From Candidatus Saccharimonadales bacterium (GTDB taxonomy: Bacteria; Patescibacteriota; Saccharimonadia; Saccharimonadales; SZUA-47), in contig JBBQVE010000007.1 of the NCBI GenBank assembly GCA_038211855.1, positions 53 to 64,052 on the forward strand: 64,000 nucleotides of DNA, given 5' to 3'. The number at the start of each line of letters is the position of its first letter. Position 1 is the stretch's first letter. Under the pieces are notes generated by a model that ran no database searches, was not told the DNA's origin, and saw only the letters and a list, made by a program, of their open reading frames with translations. The translations under genes were made by a program, and so were the position numbers. Positions 7,519 to 17,274 of the stretch are shown in pieces.

Positions 7519-10500
7519 ATGACGGATTCACTTATTGGCAAACCAAATGTGAAATACGCGAATAAGCTAAAATTTAATCCGAAAAACTCGACCTACAACT
7601 ATAACGAGGGGTTTTCAGCAGCTAAAACTGATTTAAGTGGACCAACGAGTTCGCCAAAATTCACTGCACAGTTTGGTGACGGAAAAGAATACACCGCAAA
7701 AGTTACCGACGTCATAAATGATGTGAGTGTTTCTTTTCAGCCTAAGTTTCAACTTTACATGCCACGCCAAGACGCAAATCGAGTTGTATACCCACTGGTC
7801 GGTCTAGATGCAGTAAAAGTCTACACACTTGGTGCAAGTGCCGCAAAAGACGACATTGTACTGCGTAGTTTTCAAGGTGACGAGCTACGCTTTGACTACA
7901 ATCTCATCCTGTCTAGTGGTCTAGAACCTCGAATTGAGACCGACGGTTCACTTGGTGTTTACGGCCCTGCGGCTGCACTACTTGGAAACGTCACTACAAC
8001 GACCGATACTGATGCGAAGCTTTTGGAAAATGCACGTCAAAATGCCAAAAAGGATCGGATCATTTTTACGGTACCTGCTCCGTTTATTGTTGAATCAGGC
8101 AAAAAGACAACGAGCGCCAAGGCTTGGTTCACGTTGGATGGCAAGACACTAAGCGTGCATGCGTCTCGACTCAAAAGTGCGACCTATCCACTTAGCATTG
8201 ACCCAAGTGTGTACATCGAAACAGCGGCGAAGTTCATGCGTGGCAATAATGAGAGCAATATAGATTTTGATGTTACGAATGAACTAATTCAAAAAAGCCA
8301 TACGACGGGTGCCCGTATTGATAATTGGACGGGCACAATTTCTCAGGCGTATAGCACGTGGGATCAAGGCACAGCTGTCGCTGGTGGTTACATATATTCG
8401 GTAGGTGGTCAGCAAGTTTATAGTAAAACGTATACAACGGTTGGCGCCGACACATTTGTAGTTCCTGCTGGAGTTACTAATGTCACTGTAAAAATGTGGG
8501 GTGGAGGCGGTGGATCGGCCGCAGGTGCTGCGTCTGCCGCAGGAGGTAATGGCGGTGGCAGTGGCAATGCAACGGGCATAATTAGTGTATCGGCAGGAGA
8601 AACACTCAATGTATATGTCGGTGACGGTGGCGGTGGCGGTATTTATAGTGCAGGTGGTAGTGATGCCGGTGGCGGTGGCGGTGGACATACAAGTATTATT
8701 AGAAGCTCAACGCCTCTCATAATTGCAGCCGGTGGCGGTGGCGGTGGCGGTGCACGTGCAGCACTTGGTGGTGGCGGTGGTGACACAACAAGTGGCGTTA
8801 CGGGTACATCGGTAGGTAACGGTCACGGTGGCGGTGGCGGTACCGCTAGTGCAGGAGGCACCGCTGGAACTGGTGGCAACAACAACGGAAGTAACGGAGG
8901 CTCACTTTTAGGTGGTGCTGGTGCTGATGGACGTAGCTCACAAGGCACCGACGGCTCAGGGGCATCGGGGGGATTACCTACAGGAGGAGCTGGAGGATTG
9001 GCAAACGTAAACACAACTCGAGCCGGTGCGGGTGGTGGTGGCAGTGGTTATTATGGTGGCGGCGGCGGAGGGGCTTCGAGCAGTACAGGCACGGCTGCTG
9101 GTGGTGGAGGCGGAGGCGGTTCGAGCTATATAGCTGCAGGTGCAACAGCGCCTTCTTCAACCGCTGGCTCTGGTACAACACCGGGGAATTCGAGTGATTC
9201 AGTACGTGGTACCGCAGGTGATGGCGCAACCGGAGCTGCAGCACTTACTGATGGTACCACCGGAAAAAGCGGCTTCGTTTTAGTCACGTATTCTATATCT
9301 GGAAATTCATCAGTAACGACTGCGAGCGTCTATTGGGCGCAGTTTAATGCAACGACAAACGCCATACAAAGCCCTAATCCGGGTAATGGAATATGCTCAG
9401 GGTGGTGTACCAACAGTGTGTACGATCTGCCAGAAGCGAGGCGTGGATTTTCACTTGTCGCCTACAATGGATTTTTATATGCCATGGGTGGATTAAATGA
9501 TACGGGAACACGCCGGTCTACTGTATATATTGCTAAAATCGGTGCTAACGGAGAGCCGCAGCTTTGGCACCCATCTGGAGGCACTCCTGTCTTTTGGTAT
9601 ACAGATAGCGGCCTTAATGGCGCAACAGCGCGAAGTTACTTTGCTGCTGCCGCTTACAACAATCGCATGTACGTACTTGGTGGGCAAACAAACGCCAGCT
9701 CCGGCGGAGTAATGACGGTAGTTGAAGCAGACATTAGCCCGACTGGCGCCCTGGGTAGCTGGACGGCGACTGGTATGCAGGCACTCCCTTCGGCCCGGCA
9801 TAGCCATACAGTAGAAATTTATAACGATACAATGTATATTCTTGGAGGAAATTCGTCTGGAACGCTCCAAAATACCACGTATTACTCCAAAATTAACAAC
9901 GATGGGACCATGAATGCGTGGGTGCAAACTGAAAACTTCGCTACAGCGCGCAGCACTATGGGTTCCAGTTATTCGACAATTTGGGGGGCGTACATGTATA
10001 TGGCCGGCGGTTGTACTGCGGTGAATGGGAGTGGTTATTGTACAGGCATAGCCTCGGATGTACAACTTGCAAGTATAAATGCAGATGGGAGTCTGTCTGA
10101 GTGGAATACCGTATTAGGACTCACGAACGACCGAATTGGTCACAGCCTGCTTGCCTGGCAAAATGGACTCTATCGAGTAGGTGGCTGCTCGTCTCAAGAT
10201 GGGACGACTGGGCTTTGCACCAACCCTTCTTCATCAATAGATTATGGTGTTATTAACAAAGATGGTGAAGCAAGTACGGTGGCCAACTCAGTCTCAAGTG
10301 GTACAGCGCCATGTTCGGGTGCTAGTCCTCATAATTGTGAGCTACCGAGTGTCTCTATTATCGGAAATGTACTCAGCGGTAGCGCTATCTTCAACGGCTA
10401 TTTGTATGTGTGGGGTGGGTGTTCAAATACGACATCAGGTTGTGGCACAGTTTCGAGTGGAGTGATCTATACATCTATAGGGAGTGATGGTTCGCTCACC

Positions 10501-12915
10501 AAGCCAGCTTCGTGCGGTTCATGGTCGACCGTAGACTCGTATTGCTACAACGCAACTTCCCTGCCTGGGTCTGTTGGCGCGCCCGGAGTTGCCGTCTTTA
10601 ATGGTACTATTTATTCTGTTGGTGGCTTTACGGCGGCCGGTAGCGTGAATAAGATATATTATGCACAACCTAGTGCAACCGACGGTTCAATTAGTTCATG
10701 GAGTAGTGTTATTTTAAGTAGCGGTGCTGGCAATATAGGCGCCGAAGATGTTGCCTATACCTATAGTTTTGCGAGGGCTAATCCAGCATCTGTTGGCAGC
10801 ACGCCCGGTAATCTATATATCTTAGGCGGTTGTACCGGCTCAGCTGGGATAGGCTGTAGTGGTTATACAGGCGGCGTTTATAAGTGCACAATCAGTACAT
10901 CCGGCGTTCCGGCGGCATGTAGCCAGAATCCTAGTGGCTCAAATCAACAGTTACAGATTGGCTCTGTCACAGATGGATTCGGGCACTCTGCTGGTACTGG
11001 ATTGGGTGCAATGGCCGGCACACTCTATGCTAATTATATCTACCTCATAGGCGGGTTATCGTCGAATGCAACATACGGTCTCGATTTGAAAGTTTCGCGC
11101 TATGCAAAAATAGACAACAACAATAATATTGTGGCTGTGAGTGGTAGCGCCTGGATAGAATCATCGAACCTCACATACTATGGTCGGCGGCGTGGTTCGG
11201 GGTTTGGCTATAATGGGTACCTCTATGTTGTTGGTGGATATGATGGGTCAAGCGGTGGCGGAGGCATTTTGGCCGATATCGAGTTTGCAAAAATTGATGT
11301 GAGCGATGGCAGCATTGGTGCATGGAAAGTTTCTACAGTTAATATCAATCAACGCTGGGGGCTAAATCTCACAGTTTCTAATTCTTACGCCTACGTTATT
11401 GGTGGCTGCATTACTGGTAACGCACCGACCTGCTCCAGTGGTGGCCAGACTAATTCCATACAAACCTTTCAGGTCTACAACAATGATAGTGGTGCAATTA
11501 AGAATATCACCGCTGGGAATTCACTTGGCGTTAATAGAATTGGTGGGAGCTCAACAGTGATGAATGGCTATATTTACTATGCAGGCGGTTGTACCGACAT
11601 GGCTTGTACGACTCCATCGACGGCAACGTACTATGCGCCTATTGATGCTTATGGTGTAGTCGGCTCTTGGTCTTCCGGTGGCACACTGCCAACAGCTGTC
11701 TCATGGGGTAAGCTCGTCAACGCCGGCGGCACTCTTTACTACGCGGGCGGCCAAACTGGAGCATCCAATGCCACCGCTGTAAGTACTATATATTTCACCT
11801 CAGCAGTCACCTCAGGGAATCCTACGTGGAACGGTACAGCAGCTACAAAGGGTATCGGAGATACTGGAAGCGGCGCGCAAACACGTACCGAATTTGGAGT
11901 CGCAACGTGGAATGATCGAATATATGTTACGGGAGGGTTTAGCTCGAGTGGTGCTGCACAATCTAGTGTCTTCTCAAGCGCCTCACTCGCGGCAGGTGGC
12001 AATATCACAGCTAACTGGACTTCTACTACTGGATTTAATTTTGCCCGTGGCGGCCACACAACAATCGCGTATGCTAATAATCTGTATTTACTCGGCGGCT
12101 TTGACGGTACAAACTATTTAAATAACGTACAGTACACCCAAATTAATGGTGATGGTACCGTTGATGCATGGACATACACAACGAGCCTCGATGGACCTAT
12201 CCGTGATGCTGATGGATTTGCTGCGAACGGCTACATGTACCTTGTTGGTGGGCGTTCAGCCGCTACCACATGCGCGCCAAATACATTCATTGCACCTATT
12301 AGCGCAAATACGACCATAGCGACAGGTAACAATCCAACAGGAATAGGTGAATGGTTCGAAACAAACGTTCGCTACACGGGCGACAGATTCGGGGCTGCAG
12401 TGTCTTATTCAAACGGTCGACTCATCCTTATAGGTGGGGGCTGTACTAGCTTTGTGAGTTCCGGTGACAGAATGTACTATTCAACGCTTAAATCTCAGCC
12501 ACAAATAGCAAAATACTCTCGACTCATAGATACCGATAAGGATGTGTTCCCAACCTACTGGCTCATGAATGGGCTCGACAATTCGACGGGTGCTGAATGG
12601 TACATGCGTTACAGATCATCGACAGAATCTGCTGCATCCTGGGGCCAAGAAACTAATTTTGGAAAGGTGACACTTGGCACCCCTGAAACTTACAATACGC
12701 TCGATGGGAGCGGCACCAATACAAACTTTGCTCGCTACTACTACCTATCAGTTAATATCGATAGCTCGCAGGCATTCGGCTATCCAGAAGATGTAACGAG
12801 AGGCCCGACCATCGATGACCTGACTCTTTTCTACACCAGTAATCCTTCTGGCCGGCTTCATCATGGCAAGACATTTACAGGGGGTATCCAACAGCCTTTC
12901 GATACGCCATTTTAA
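7519..12915 (+). CDS. Giant (1798 aa) protein with a glycine-rich domain and multiple Kelch beta-propellers; putative surface/adhesion protein
   Basis: Uninterrupted 5.4-kb ORF. Gly-rich block at about aa 312-594 (VVPAGVTNVTVKMWGGGGGS...TLNVYVGDGGGGG...GFVLVTYS). There are 17-18 Kelch-like blades (YNGFLYAMGG, YNNRMYVLGG, YNDTMYILGG, FNGYLYVWGG, YNGYLYVVGG, WNDRIYVTGG, ANGYMYLVGG and others). Confidence 0.85.
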   Translation: MTDSLIGKPNVKYANKLKFNPKNSTYNYNEGFSAAKTDLSGPTSSPKFTAQFGDGKEYTAKVTDVINDVSVSFQPKFQLYMPRQDANRVVYPLVGLDAVKVYTLGASAAKDDIVLRSFQGDELRFDYNLILSSGLEPRIETDGSLGVYGPAAALLGNVTTTTDTDAKLLENARQNAKKDRIIFTVPAPFIVESGKKTTSAKAWFTLDGKTLSVHASRLKSATYPLSIDPSVYIETAAKFMRGNNESNIDFDVTNELIQKSHTTGARIDNWTGTISQAYSTWDQGTAVAGGYIYSVGGQQVYSKTYTTVGADTFVVPAGVTNVTVKMWGGGGGSAAGAASAAGGNGGGSGNATGIISVSAGETLNVYVGDGGGGGIYSAGGSDAGGGGGGHTSIIRSSTPLIIAAGGGGGGGARAALGGGGGDTTSGVTGTSVGNGHGGGGGTASAGGTAGTGGNNNGSNGGSLLGGAGADGRSSQGTDGSGASGGLPTGGAGGLANVNTTRAGAGGGGSGYYGGGGGGASSSTGTAAGGGGGGGSSYIAAGATAPSSTAGSGTTPGNSSDSVRGTAGDGATGAAALTDGTTGKSGFVLVTYSISGNSSVTTASVYWAQFNATTNAIQSPNPGNGICSGWCTNSVYDLPEARRGFSLVAYNGFLYAMGGLNDTGTRRSTVYIAKIGANGEPQLWHPSGGTPVFWYTDSGLNGATARSYFAAAAYNNRMYVLGGQTNASSGGVMTVVEADISPTGALGSWTATGMQALPSARHSHTVEIYNDTMYILGGNSSGTLQNTTYYSKINNDGTMNAWVQTENFATARSTMGSSYSTIWGAYMYMAGGCTAVNGSGYCTGIASDVQLASINADGSLSEWNTVLGLTNDRIGHSLLAWQNGLYRVGGCSSQDGTTGLCTNPSSSIDYGVINKDGEASTVANSVSSGTAPCSGASPHNCELPSVSIIGNVLSGSAIFNGYLYVWGGCSNTTSGCGTVSSGVIYTSIGSDGSLTKPASCGSWSTVDSYCYNATSLPGSVGAPGVAVFNGTIYSVGGFTAAGSVNKIYYAQPSATDGSISSWSSVILSSGAGNIGAEDVAYTYSFARANPASVGSTPGNLYILGGCTGSAGIGCSGYTGGVYKCTISTSGVPAACSQNPSGSNQQLQIGSVTDGFGHSAGTGLGAMAGTLYANYIYLIGGLSSNATYGLDLKVSRYAKIDNNNNIVAVSGSAWIESSNLTYYGRRRGSGFGYNGYLYVVGGYDGSSGGGGILADIEFAKIDVSDGSIGAWKVSTVNINQRWGLNLTVSNSYAYVIGGCITGNAPTCSSGGQTNSIQTFQVYNNDSGAIKNITAGNSLGVNRIGGSSTVMNGYIYYAGGCTDMACTTPSTATYYAPIDAYGVVGSWSSGGTLPTAVSWGKLVNAGGTLYYAGGQTGASNATAVSTIYFTSAVTSGNPTWNGTAATKGIGDTGSGAQTRTEFGVATWNDRIYVTGGFSSSGAAQSSVFSSASLAAGGNITANWTSTTGFNFARGGHTTIAYANNLYLLGGFDGTNYLNNVQYTQINGDGTVDAWTYTTSLDGPIRDADGFAANGYMYLVGGRSAATTCAPNTFIAPISANTTIATGNNPTGIGEWFETNVRYTGDRFGAAVSYSNGRLILIGGGCTSFVSSGDRMYYSTLKSQPQIAKYSRLIDTDKDVFPTYWLMNGLDNSTGAEWYMRYRSSTESAASWGQETNFGKVTLGTPETYNTLDGSGTNTNFARYYYLSVNIDSSQAFGYPEDVTRGPTIDDLTLFYTSNPSGRLHHGKTFTGGIQQPFDTPF

Positions 12916-12959
12916 TGTATTGGGCACTTATAATCAAAAAATTATTGTCGTATTGTCGG

Positions 12960-12968
12960 TGTTAAAAT
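12960..12968 (+). promoter_or_regulatory. Extended -10 (TGTTAAAAT) 6 nt before the GTG start at 12975
   Basis: TGn plus TAAAAT, then GTGTAG, then GTG. Confidence 0.35.
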
Positions 12969-12974
12969 GTGTAG

Positions 12975-13598
12975 GTGGAGAACATATTCAAGTACGGTGT
13001 TTTAATTGATGCTAACCGTGGTGATGTTATTGCAGCGAGCGGATTCGTTTATATGACAATAGCTGGCGGAGTAGGACAATTCGCGCGAAGTAAAAGCAAT
13101 GATAGACTCATCTTTGCCTACAAAGCAGGGGAAATATTTCCATTAAAACCAATCGAGCTTAGTAGCTCGACGGGTCGTACATATATTTATAAAGCGCTCA
13201 ATAGTGTAAAACTACATCGCATAACAAACTCTCAATTTAAATCTATGCTAAAACAACAAGATAATACAATTAAATTTTTAAAATATGCACTACATATCAT
13301 TCAACAACAAACTGAACGTATAGATAACCTTCAAGAAGAACAGATCGTACAGCGACTACTTGAGCGGCTCGTATATATCGCCAATCGATTTGGGATTCAG
13401 GATGGGGATTCATTCATCATTTCGATCCCTATGTCGCACGTTGATCTTGCCACATCAATAAACACGACTCGTGAAACAGTAAATAGGCATATGAAAAACT
13501 TTGAAAAATTAGGTATTTTATCATTGCGCAAAAAGATAATACGCATCAAATCAATTCAACAAGTAAGAGATATGCTTACGGCGCTAAATAAGCAGTGA
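12975..13598 (+). CDS. Crp/Fnr-family transcriptional regulator
   Basis: N-terminal cNMP-binding-like beta-roll region and C-terminal HTH (MSHVDLATSINTTRETVNRHMKNFEKLGIL). GTG start. Confidence 0.75.
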   Translation: MENIFKYGVLIDANRGDVIAASGFVYMTIAGGVGQFARSKSNDRLIFAYKAGEIFPLKPIELSSSTGRTYIYKALNSVKLHRITNSQFKSMLKQQDNTIKFLKYALHIIQQQTERIDNLQEEQIVQRLLERLVYIANRFGIQDGDSFIISIPMSHVDLATSINTTRETVNRHMKNFEKLGILSLRKKIIRIKSIQQVRDMLTALNKQ

Positions 13599-13690
13599 CC
13601 TAATTTTGCGGATCTGCAGGTTTTGGTGGTGCGTGTATCAAAACTGGCGTGACGCTAATTATCTTATCGATCAGAGGCCAAGAAGATAGA

Positions 13691-13728
13691 TTGAACGGGT
13701 TCAACATTTGCGCTTACAATGTGCAAAT
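13691..13728. promoter_or_regulatory. Two adjacent palindromes, candidate Crp/Fnr-type operators upstream of the GT2 synthase gene
   Basis: TTGAACGGGTTCAA (13691-13704; perfect TTGAA-N4-TTCAA, one base per half-site away from the FNR box TTGAT-N4-ATCAA). ATTTGCGC-N7-GTGCAAAT (13706-13728; one mismatch). Confidence 0.4.
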
Positions 13729-13916
13729 ATAGGTTAAGAGCAATGACTCATTTTTCATGAAATAAGGGAGGTGTCGGCTCGAAGCATTGCTTTATATAAC
13801 CTAGTTGATAATAATTCTAACTTATGTTAATATATGTTTATTAAAAATGCACTTGGAGTTATTCAGATATACGTAAGAAAGTGTGTCGCTACGGCTCTTA
13901 CTTTTGAATTCATTGT

Positions 13917-15677
13917 ATGGCCAAACCAACAACAGACAAGATATATGACTATAAGTTATTTAGCAAGTTAGCGGGTTCCGTTACAGCAGTAAAAACTTTA
14001 CCATACACCGTACAATATAGGCGCCTTTCGAACAGGAAGGATGCCTTCAAGACTATTTTACTAGCTACTGCCAGCATTGGCGTAGAGGTATGGTTTTTGA
14101 CTTGGTTGCTATGGTCATTGCTTGCACCGATCTGGAGCAACAATGCCAAGCTGGGTACCGTTTTTATTGCGCTACTGGTATGCATTTTTGTGATAGAGAG
14201 TTTTCGCTTACTAAGTATTACATCCTTTGCCCTCTCTGCCCTTATGTCAAAAAATCCTGTTCCAGTCCGTCCATCACCGCGACAACGAATTGCCTTTACT
14301 ACCATGATTGTGCCTTCGAAAGAACCGTTTGAAATCGTAAAAAAAACTTTACTGGCTATGAAACAGGTTACCTATAACGGACAAATCGACATATGGCTGT
14401 TGGATGAGGGGAATGATCCGGCCATCAAATCGGCTTGTAAGACGATGGGAGTAAATCATTTCAGCCGGAAAGACATAGAAAAATGGAACCAGCCAAATGG
14501 TCGATTTAAAGCCAGGACCAAACATGGGAACGTGAACGCCTGGCTTGTAGCCAAGGGACATGCCTATGACTACGTGCTCTCCGTTGACTCAGATCACCAA
14601 CCTTTGCCTAGCTACGCCCAGCGTATGCTTGGCTACTTCCGAGACCAAGATGTCGCTTTTGTTGTGGGTCCGCAAGTCTACTCCAATCTGGAATCGGTTA
14701 TTACCAGAGGTGCTGAATCTCAGTCCTATGTCTTTCAAGCAACCATACAGCGGGCTGCCAATAGCTACAATGCCGCTATGTTTGTAGGTACCAACCATGC
14801 CTACCGGGTTGCCTCAGTCCTAGATATTGGTGGCTTTCAGGATTCAATTACTGAAGATTTACTGACGAGCCTGACGATTCATGGTCGGCGCAACCCAATC
14901 ACCAAGCATCACTGGAAGTCCGTGTATACTCCTGACGTATTAGCAATTGGCGAAGGGCCATCATCTTGGACCGATTACTTCTCGCAACAGTTACGCTGGT
15001 CGAGAGGTGCCAACGACGTCTTACTTAGACATTTTTTGGGTCGCTACTTGAAGCTACCTTGGCGAGCCAAACTTCACTACGGACTTATTATTTGGTGCTA
15101 CCCCGCGGCTGGATTTACTTGGTCAATAGGCATCGCCGTAAGTATGTTGTACCTTTTCTTGGGTACGACTGGAGTCGCCTTGCATGATAAAACATGGTTA
15201 GCTCTGTTCGTTGATGTTTTAGCCACTCAGTTATTGCTCTACAGCTGGCTGCGTCGTTATAACGTCAGCCCTCACGATAAACAAGGGTCGTTTGGTAGTG
15301 CCGGCATCTTCTTTTCGATCTTTGCAGCTCCCATCTATGCCTACTCACTGTTCAGCGCCCTCACCCGTAGGAAATGCAATTTTGTGGTAACTCCCAAAGG
15401 CGACAGCACTTCACCAGATAATTGGCGTACATTTAAATATCACCTTGGATGGGCACTGCTGATTGCGGGATTTTTAGTCTATAGCATCATAATCGGTAAC
15501 ACGCATCCTAATGTAAAAATTTGGTGCGTTTTGGCGCTAATATCCTGCTTGACACCCGTTGCTATGTGGCAAATTAGTTGCTGGCATTCGACTAAGCTGC
15601 GACTCTTTAGGTGGAATCCGTATCGTAAAACCCTCAGCCGATCTTTTTTGGAAAGATTTGAGAGAGTTGATTCATGA
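13917..15677 (+). CDS. Processive family-2 glycosyltransferase, cellulose-synthase-like (CslA-like), without a PilZ domain
   Basis: Multi-TM protein with DEGND, SVDSDH, ITEDL (TED) and QQLRWSRG (QxxRW) motifs. Confidence 0.85.
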   Translation: MAKPTTDKIYDYKLFSKLAGSVTAVKTLPYTVQYRRLSNRKDAFKTILLATASIGVEVWFLTWLLWSLLAPIWSNNAKLGTVFIALLVCIFVIESFRLLSITSFALSALMSKNPVPVRPSPRQRIAFTTMIVPSKEPFEIVKKTLLAMKQVTYNGQIDIWLLDEGNDPAIKSACKTMGVNHFSRKDIEKWNQPNGRFKARTKHGNVNAWLVAKGHAYDYVLSVDSDHQPLPSYAQRMLGYFRDQDVAFVVGPQVYSNLESVITRGAESQSYVFQATIQRAANSYNAAMFVGTNHAYRVASVLDIGGFQDSITEDLLTSLTIHGRRNPITKHHWKSVYTPDVLAIGEGPSSWTDYFSQQLRWSRGANDVLLRHFLGRYLKLPWRAKLHYGLIIWCYPAAGFTWSIGIAVSMLYLFLGTTGVALHDKTWLALFVDVLATQLLLYSWLRRYNVSPHDKQGSFGSAGIFFSIFAAPIYAYSLFSALTRRKCNFVVTPKGDSTSPDNWRTFKYHLGWALLIAGFLVYSIIIGNTHPNVKIWCVLALISCLTPVAMWQISCWHSTKLRLFRWNPYRKTLSRSFLERFERVDS

Positions 15678-17254
15678 AACACATAACTAGAACTTTTAAG
15701 TCCCGTAAGTTTTATTATGGGTTCGCTATTTTTGTAGTAATACTGGTTAATATAAATGCTCTTGTGGAGCCGGTGTACGCCAAAATCGAATATATTTATT
15801 CTCGCCAACAATCTGTTATAGAAAAAGATGGCCGCTGGGATACTCTTAATTACAAATCTCCCGTTCGGTCCGTGCATGCCGCACTGCTCCATACTGGCAA
15901 AGTTTTATTGATTGCAGGTTCTGGAAATGATAAAACCCAGTTTGATGCAAAGTCATTCCGTACGGTACTTTGGGATCCAATTACTGGCAAATTTAAAGAA
16001 GTAGTAACACCTTGGGATGCCTTTTGTGCCGGCCATGTCTTTTTGCCAGACGGTAAGTTGCTGGTTGCTGGCGGGACCAAAGGCTATGAAGACCTTACCA
16101 AAAATCCTCGCGTGAACTACAGCGGCTTAAAAGATTCCTACGTGTTCAATCCAGATACAGAATCTTATGAAAAAGTATCTGATATGCAGTTTGCTCGCTG
16201 GTATCCAACGCTCGTGAACCTGGGTGATGGAAGAGTTTTGGCGGCGGCTGGACTTGATGAAAACGGAAAAAATTCGAAGGGTCAGACTGAAATATACGAC
16301 CCTGCGACGAAGAACTGGACGTACAAACCGGCATTGAAGCATGTATTTCCAACATATCCATCATTGATACTGACGAGTGATGGTCGGTTATTTTATACTG
16401 GTTCAAGCCAGGGCTACGCTTCCGGAACTGCCAGTATGACCCCTGGATTATGGAACCTCAAAAATAATCAGTTCCAGGTCGTAAAAGGTTTGCCAGAGCC
16501 ACTCCGTACCGACAACAGCGCCTCAGTGCTCTTACCGCCGGCACAGAGTCAAAAGGTACTGCTCTTGGGTGGTGCTACAGCTGGAGACTCGCCGGTAACG
16601 GAAACAACCGATCGTACTGCAATCGTTAACTTGAGCGATACAACAGATCCAATGTATACTCAGGGCCCAAGTCTGCACAACGCCACTCGTTACCCAGGAG
16701 TTGTTATATTGCCCGATGATACAGTCCTGGAAACGGGAGGCTCCAAAGGATACCGTAATTTCAATTTACACTCGGCTGAAATATATCACCCCGATACCAA
16801 TGCACTTACTCCAGCTGCTTCCCCACGAGTCGGTCGCGATTACCACGCTGAAGCTATTTTGTTGCCAGATGGTCGAGTTGCTACTTTTGGCTCTAATCCA
16901 ATCGACAATACTTTTGAAATGCGCATAGAAATTTACTCACCTTCATATATGTTTAAGGGCGAGCGTCCGACAATAAAGAGCACAACGACAGAGATGCCGC
17001 GTGGTGGGACAGTCACACTACAGACTTCAAATCCCGACGATCTTAAAACTGCTAAACTTATCCGACCAAGTGCCGTCACTCATGTGACTGATGTCGAGCA
17101 ACGTTCGATTGATCTGCCGTTCACAAAAACAACTGGCGGTATACAGGTGACGGTACCCGAGAATCGTAATCTTGTTCCGTCAGGCTGGTACATGGTCTTT
17201 GTCACGAATAAACAGAACATCCCGTCGACTTCTTACTGGGTACATGTTCCTTGA
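15674..17254 (+). CDS. Membrane-anchored galactose-oxidase/glyoxal-oxidase-type radical copper oxidase (GlxA-like)
   Basis: ATGA overlap with the upstream gene. N-terminal TM helix and seven Kelch-type blades. Residues FCAGH (Cys), ARWYPT (Tyr), RDYHAE (Tyr-His) and VTHVTD (His) match the copper/Cys-Tyr cofactor positions of the family. C-terminal DUF1929-like beta domain. Confidence 0.8.
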   Translation: MKHITRTFKSRKFYYGFAIFVVILVNINALVEPVYAKIEYIYSRQQSVIEKDGRWDTLNYKSPVRSVHAALLHTGKVLLIAGSGNDKTQFDAKSFRTVLWDPITGKFKEVVTPWDAFCAGHVFLPDGKLLVAGGTKGYEDLTKNPRVNYSGLKDSYVFNPDTESYEKVSDMQFARWYPTLVNLGDGRVLAAAGLDENGKNSKGQTEIYDPATKNWTYKPALKHVFPTYPSLILTSDGRLFYTGSSQGYASGTASMTPGLWNLKNNQFQVVKGLPEPLRTDNSASVLLPPAQSQKVLLLGGATAGDSPVTETTDRTAIVNLSDTTDPMYTQGPSLHNATRYPGVVILPDDTVLETGGSKGYRNFNLHSAEIYHPDTNALTPAASPRVGRDYHAEAILLPDGRVATFGSNPIDNTFEMRIEIYSPSYMFKGERPTIKSTTTEMPRGGTVTLQTSNPDDLKTAKLIRPSAVTHVTDVEQRSIDLPFTKTTGGIQVTVPENRNLVPSGWYMVFVTNKQNIPSTSYWVHVP

Positions 17255-17274
17255 AATACGCTGCAACGTGGTTA

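Noticed and set aside
7461-7521. Idea that the T8 homopolymer (7462-7469) is a phase-variation switch fusing the tail-anchored ORF (7167-7481) to the giant ORF
   Set aside because: I translated both alternatives. Deleting one T runs into the TAG at 7471, and adding one T runs into the TGA at about 7520. The only fusion-competent window is 7474-7478, outside the tract. The two genes are therefore treated as separate.
8273-9244. Several 60-134 aa ORFs antisense to or out of frame with the giant gene (for example 8284-8688, 8418-8609, 8823-9014, 8978-9244), encoding Pro/Ala/Thr-rich peptides
   Set aside because: They are mirror images of the GGT/GGC glycine-codon tracts inside one uninterrupted 5.4-kb ORF that has clear domain structure. 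There is no independent coding evidence.
13599-13916. c-di-GMP riboswitch or PilZ-type control of the cellulose-synthase-like gene
   Set aside because: I could not find the conserved GEMM-type sequence blocks in the 318-bp leader, and the synthase has no C-terminal PilZ domain. Protein operators for the adjacent Crp/Fnr regulator are a better fit.
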